DNA of 52,397 nucleotides from a virus (Duplodnaviria; Heunggongvirae; Uroviricota; Caudoviricetes): IMG/VR virus record IMGVR_UViG_2690316086_000018; one strand, 5' to 3'. Shown piece by piece: positions 48,231 to 52,397 of this stretch (position 1 is its first letter; each line of letters starts with the position of its first letter). The notes under the pieces were generated by a model. It saw only the letters and a program-made list of their open reading frames with translations, ran no database searches and was not told where the DNA came from. The position numbers and the translations under genes were made by a program.

Positions 48231-48301
48231 ATTATTAACCTCTCATTTGATACCTTGTTTAATCAAATAACCTGAGTCGCCGCTCGGGTTATTTTTTTAT
48301 T

Positions 48302-50392
48302 TCAGGCCAGCGGGTCATTTTCTTTTAATTTCGCTTCGAGCAACTGCAATCCCCGCTGGAAATTGCGCTCGTATTCTTCATCAGGCTCATCATCAACGGC
48401 AGGTTGCTGAACGGCCACCGTATTACCTACCGGGCGATAGATGTTTTCCAGCCAGGGCTCCTGCGGCTTGTGCTCCAGCACGTTGACAACCTCATCCTCG
48501 GCATCACGGATTTTTTCCTCTGCGCGTTTACGCATGCCTTTAAGGCGTTGCTGCTGTTTGTAGTATTCCGCGCTAACCGGGAAGGCTTCGCGTTTATTAC
48601 CGTCCCATACCGCCTCGCAAATCACGCTGCCATCCAGGCGACGTACGGTAATTCGTTCGGCATCATGAATGTCATAGCTGATAAGCACCTTGCGGCCATG
48701 CTCATCACGCAGCTCGGGCGCGTAGTAAATATTATTCAGCCAGCGTATTTCACAGCGTCTTACAGGGCGTTCCACCATCGGCCGGAACATGTCCCGCAAT
48801 TCCACATCGGACAGCCATTCAATTTCCGTGTCCTCTTCCGCCAGGCGTTTTTTTCTGAACTCCGCCGGGCTGTAATGCTTGCCGTTCGGCTTCACCGGTA
48901 ATTCATCGTGCGGCCGGTTGTTGTACCACTCAACACCATCACGAATGGCATCAATCAGTTCAGACCAGGACGGTAAATCACGCATCGCTGACTGCTGCTG
49001 GGCGTTCAGCCGTTTGCCCTGTTGCAGGGCAGTAAATGCCGAGCGTAAATCGCGGTTGGTTTTGCGTAACGTCTCGCGATCTGCACCTTTCCCGAAATAG
49101 GTGCGGTATTTACGGGCTATGCGCATCGGTAATGTGCGGTTAAGCCGTTCGATAATGCCTCGTCCCTGCGGATTACCGGCAATCCCGGTCGGGTGATTAA
49201 TCCCCAGTCGCGGCAGTATCCCCACAACCTCCTTATCCAGGATGTCGGCGGTTTCCCCGGAGCCGTTATCCGAGTAATACAGAAACGGTTTGCCGTGATG
49301 GCGAATGCCGTGCTGTATGGCACCGGCTACGGCGAAAACATTTTCAGCCAGGTCAAGGCTCCAGCCCACCACAAAGCGCGTGCCACCGTCGATAACAAAG
49401 GTCACTTCCGGTGCAAATGGCCGACCGTGAACCGGGTGTGCGCATTTCAGCTTCATGCCGTGACCGTCACCAATCCAGACATAATTCACCGGCATTTTTG
49501 ACCAGTCGCGGCGCGTGAATCCCTCAAGCTGGCGGTATTCACTGCCGGTCACCCGGCCTTTTTGTTTCACCACTTCCGGCAGTTTCTTCATTGCGCGGCG
49601 AATGGTGTCATAAGACGGCATGATATCGAGCATATAAGGCTCATCAGCGTGCCGGTGCTGCCATTCAGCGACAAAATCCTCGTAAGCCTCGGTCATTGGT
49701 CGGCCGTTTGACTGGCGATACTGCGCCAGAAATTCGGGCAGCCAGTTAATATCTTCGGCTTTTATTTCCTGGCGCTTACCCGGTGCCAGTAAAAGCAGGC
49801 GTTCAGCGGCGTTCTGCGCCTTGTTAAAGGCCGCAATCCAGCGTTTCAGCGTGATTTCACTTAACGCGCGGCTGTTTCCCTTTTTGGCGTTCGCCGTCTC
49901 AACCATTGCCACAATGCGCTCGTCCAGCTGCGAACGTGCCAGGTTGTCAACGATAAACCGGATAGCCTTCGCACAGCTGAAACCAGGTTGTTGCGCGACT
50001 TTCAGAACTTCGCTGACGATCGCGATTCGTGCATCAGCCACCTGGCGCTGGTTTTCAGTCAGGGCATTAAGGCGTTCGACCATCAGTTGTGGTGATCCGC
50101 GATATGCCTCCACCGCATCAACCACGGCAGGTGAGCGCCTGGCCTTTGTCACTACCGGAGCCGGTGATTCATCGGCTTTTTGCGTCATCAGTTGCAGGGC
50201 ATAACGTTCACGTAATGCCTGCTGCGTCACTTCAGGTAAACAGTCGATGCTGTATTCAGTTGCTTTAGAGCCTGAGCGACGACGGGAACAACAGCTTTTC
50301 CCTTGTACGTAACGTTGTAATGCCTGGCGAATACCTTTTGTTGTAGCAGGCATTCCGGGCGCGCCAATCAGTTCTTTTGCAATGACATACAT
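48302..50392 (-). CDS. A: MuA-like DDE transposase
   Basis: 696 aa; N-terminal end-binding region, WIGDGH catalytic-core region, acidic C-terminal tail (DDEPDEEYERNF) as in MuA. Confidence 0.9.
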   Translation of the reverse strand: MYVIAKELIGAPGMPATTKGIRQALQRYVQGKSCCSRRRSGSKATEYSIDCLPEVTQQALRERYALQLMTQKADESPAPVVTKARRSPAVVDAVEAYRGSPQLMVERLNALTENQRQVADARIAIVSEVLKVAQQPGFSCAKAIRFIVDNLARSQLDERIVAMVETANAKKGNSRALSEITLKRWIAAFNKAQNAAERLLLLAPGKRQEIKAEDINWLPEFLAQYRQSNGRPMTEAYEDFVAEWQHRHADEPYMLDIMPSYDTIRRAMKKLPEVVKQKGRVTGSEYRQLEGFTRRDWSKMPVNYVWIGDGHGMKLKCAHPVHGRPFAPEVTFVIDGGTRFVVGWSLDLAENVFAVAGAIQHGIRHHGKPFLYYSDNGSGETADILDKEVVGILPRLGINHPTGIAGNPQGRGIIERLNRTLPMRIARKYRTYFGKGADRETLRKTNRDLRSAFTALQQGKRLNAQQQSAMRDLPSWSELIDAIRDGVEWYNNRPHDELPVKPNGKHYSPAEFRKKRLAEEDTEIEWLSDVELRDMFRPMVERPVRRCEIRWLNNIYYAPELRDEHGRKVLISYDIHDAERITVRRLDGSVICEAVWDGNKREAFPVSAEYYKQQQRLKGMRKRAEEKIRDAEDEVVNVLEHKPQEPWLENIYRPVGNTVAVQQPAVDDEPDEEYERNFQRGLQLLEAKLKENDPLA

Positions 50393-50393
50393 A

Positions 50394-50642
50394 TCATGAC
50401 GCCTTTCTCATATAGCTCTTAACCTGGTATCTACTGGGCCAGATTTCTTCAGGCGATACCCCAAGAGCATCAGCAATTATTTGCTGATACGGTCGGCAAG
50501 GAGTACGTAATACGCTTTTCAGCGAATCCCTGCTGTAACCAGCCTTTAAAGATAAAGAGCGCAGTGATAAGCCAGCCATGTGTAAGCGCGCCTTGATGAT
50601 TTCAGGCGGCCAATCGTGATCTGAAACTTCTCTTCTACTCAT
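50394..50642 (-). CDS. ner: Ner-like DNA-binding regulator
   Basis: 82 aa; DWPPEIIKARLHMAGLSLRSLS...QQIIADALGVSPEEIWPSRY matches Ner/Nlp family. Confidence 0.8.
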   Translation of the reverse strand: MSRREVSDHDWPPEIIKARLHMAGLSLRSLSLKAGYSRDSLKSVLRTPCRPYQQIIADALGVSPEEIWPSRYQVKSYMRKAS

Positions 50643-50832
50643 ACTTCCTCTATTCTAAAAAGTTACCCGCGCGGATATTCGTGCGGATATCTGCACGGGT
50701 AAATAATGCATCACTAAAAATACCAAATCAAGGTATTTTTGGTATTTTGGCTAATTTTTGCTTTTATCCTTATTTTTCAATTGGATAAATAGAAAGAAAC
50801 CTTTCCTTAGAAAAGCACCAAGAGGTATCTTT
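50643..50832. promoter_or_regulatory. divergent repressor/ner operator-promoter region
   Basis: palindrome TTACCCG..CGGGTAA enclosing direct repeat GCGGATAT x2 (50663-50700); AAAATACC-n7-GGTATTTT plus GGTATTTT repeat (50718-50750). Confidence 0.5.
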
Positions 50833-51363
50833 ATGTCGCAGGGAAAAGAACCTATTATTGAACGTATTGGAATGCTTACAAAGCGCTACCCTTCAAGAAG
50901 TGCAGCTGCCAGAGCGTGGGGAATCAATATCAACACATTAAACAGCTATTTCAAGGGAGGACAAACACAACCAGCCCCCAGAGAAAGTATCCTTATACGA
51001 ATTTCTGAAAGTGAAGGAGTTAGTCTTGAGTGGCTTAAAGAGGGCAAGGGTGAATCACCAAACGATGTTGGTATTTGTGGTAATTTTGGTTGTTCTGGTG
51101 ATAAGGGAGATCAACTTACACAGATGCTTTCATTCCTTACGAAAGACGAACGAGAACAGTTAACCAATCTCCTTGCTCGCAAAGGTGTAGAGACGGTTCT
51201 GACACTGCTGGATAAAGAAAACCAGGATTTATTACAACTAGAAGGCAGGAAGCGCCTGGCTGCGTTGATGATTGTAGATATGCCAGACGATTGCGTCAGA
51301 GAGATTTTGGAAAAAACCGAGACAAGTAGGCAATCAAATCCGGTAGAATCTAAAGCGGGTTAG
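50833..51363 (+). CDS. putative prophage repressor (c-like)
   Basis: divergent from ner, adjacent to prophage end; ATG 50833 with aagagg RBS; track ORF starts at 50758. Confidence 0.5.
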   Translation: MSQGKEPIIERIGMLTKRYPSRSAAARAWGININTLNSYFKGGQTQPAPRESILIRISESEGVSLEWLKEGKGESPNDVGICGNFGCSGDKGDQLTQMLSFLTKDEREQLTNLLARKGVETVLTLLDKENQDLLQLEGRKRLAALMIVDMPDDCVREILEKTETSRQSNPVESKAG

Positions 51364-51440
51364 TTTGGCGAGGCTGGCCCGTATGTTAGTTGCCATATAG
51401 ATTTAATGAAGTTTTAAACGCTTTAAAAAGTTGAGATCGC

Positions 51441-51596
51441 AGTATCAAAAGTTTTGCCGATTTTAGAATAAACGATTAATTATTGCACAATCGGTATCAA
51501 ATAGACTTTAAGCGCTCATCCAGACATCACCTGTTTTATTTCAGTATCTTACAGGTGATTTCACCTCCTTTCACTAAAACCCTCGTTGGTATCAAA
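51441..51596. repeat. prophage-end repeats, three inverted copies of TTTGATAC(C/T) (repressor end)
   Basis: agtatcaaa 51441, ggtatcaaa 51493 and 51588, reverse complement of the mom-end motif. Confidence 0.5.
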
Positions 51597-51608
51597 TGAT
51601 TCACCTGG

Positions 51609-52397
51609 TTACATGTAGACCTTCTTAGCCACTTCGTTTTGCAGATCACGCTGGGCTTGTTCAGCAGCTCGCTGTTCCTGTGATTCAATGTCATTCCATT
51701 TAGCACGATGAACACGTTGCATTGCCGGGCGGTTTGTTTCCGTTGCTTTGGCAAGCCAGAATGCTTTCTCTTCAGCGCTGAATGCTTCTTCTGCCTGAGC
51801 AAGGGCATCAGCACATTGTGTCCTGAGAGAACGGTGATCGATACATTCTTCACTGCCTGCGGCTTCAAGGTAGCTGTTTGACATCGTGGCCCATGATTCA
51901 CGCCATTGGATCATTATCTTCTTATCATTCCAGCTTCTGTCTTTTTTACCGAAGCCGTCTGGACCAATGGTTTTCAGGGTTAACATAACATGCGCATGGG
52001 GATTCTTACCGTCCAGATCATGAAATGCGATATCAGCTATCATTCCCTTATCGACAAAGTTTTTCTGGCAGTATTCAGCAACTAATTTTTTCTTGTCATC
52101 ATTGTTGAGTTCTACAGGGATAGCGACATCAAAATAACGGGCTGTTTGTCCGTTGTTCTGGCGTTCCACTCTTTCAACTTCATTCCAGAGTGCTGAGGAA
52201 CTTTCAATAATATGAGCAGGTGCGGAAACAGGAGATAATATAATATGACCATGTAGATCTGTTCTGTGGCTGAAATCATATGTTTCTCCAATGCGATCAT
52301 CTGTAATACGTGTACGGGCATGATAGGCCGCTTTCGCAACGGAAGTCATGCCTTCACTTCGTTTCACAATTTTAAAATCCAGATGAAAAATCGCCAT
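51609..52397 (-). CDS. mobA: MobA/MobL-family (MOBQ) relaxase; last codons and stop supplied by the prophage end
   Basis: MAIFHLDFKIVKRS...AAYHAR (catalytic Tyr motif) and NPHAHVMLT (His motif); ORF stops 4 bp inside the inferred prophage end. Confidence 0.8.
   Translation of the reverse strand: MAIFHLDFKIVKRSEGMTSVAKAAYHARTRITDDRIGETYDFSHRTDLHGHIILSPVSAPAHIIESSSALWNEVERVERQNNGQTARYFDVAIPVELNNDDKKKLVAEYCQKNFVDKGMIADIAFHDLDGKNPHAHVMLTLKTIGPDGFGKKDRSWNDKKIMIQWRESWATMSNSYLEAAGSEECIDHRSLRTQCADALAQAEEAFSAEEKAFWLAKATETNRPAMQRVHRAKWNDIESQEQRAAEQAQRDLQNEVAKKVYM

Larger units (their letters stand above)
12495..51613 (-). mobile_element. Mu-family transposable prophage, ~39.1 kb, apparently complete
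   Basis: MuA and MuB homologues, ner, gam, gemA, mor, Mu-type head/tail module, Gin invertase with invertible fibre segment, com-mom at one end; candidate TG...CA termini with imperfect 5-bp flanking repeat TGTGG / TGTAG; no tyrosine integrase. Confidence 0.85.

Noticed and set aside
12495-51613. Site-specific (integrase-mediated) prophage with att sites
   Set aside because: No tyrosine or large-serine integrase ORF; MuA/MuB homologues and TG...CA ends with a ~5-bp flanking repeat indicate transpositional insertion. The only serine recombinase is the small Gin-type invertase.
1-52397. tRNA or rRNA genes
   Set aside because: I did not recognise any tRNA cloverleaf or rRNA-like conserved block on reading; a tRNA scan would be needed to exclude one firmly.

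Overview
The window has two compositionally distinct parts. (1) Positions 1-12494 are an AT-rich plasmid- or island-like backbone: an AlpA-type regulator, a block of small unknown genes, a putative iteron-type replication module (rep 2843-3550 plus about four 21-22 bp iterons at 3690-3790), two ~135 bp direct repeats with internal palindromes, a 9-bp tandem repeat, an unknown three-gene operon (4874-7460, last gene with a C-terminal helix-hairpin-helix), a membrane protein/lipoprotein pair, a GATC-rich divergent intergenic region, and a possible AbiGi-like gene. (2) Positions ~12495-51613 are a GC-rich, apparently complete Mu-family transposable prophage read on the minus strand: repressor / ner / transposase A / ATPase B / gam / gemA / mor / SAR-endolysin and spanins / terminase, portal, head and contractile-tail genes / a Gin-invertible tail-fibre segment with recognisable gix sites / a cargo gene for a 685-aa SGNH(SASA)-esterase-like protein / com-mom with an upstream GATC cluster. 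The prophage right end lies in the last codons of a MOBQ-type mobA relaxase gene (51609-52397). All protein identifications come from reading the supplied translations against remembered family signatures; no database search was run. The best candidates for something undescribed are the unknown operon at 4874-7460, the AbiGi-like gene with its convergent partner, the esterase cargo gene inside the prophage, and the unannotated early-region block of the prophage.
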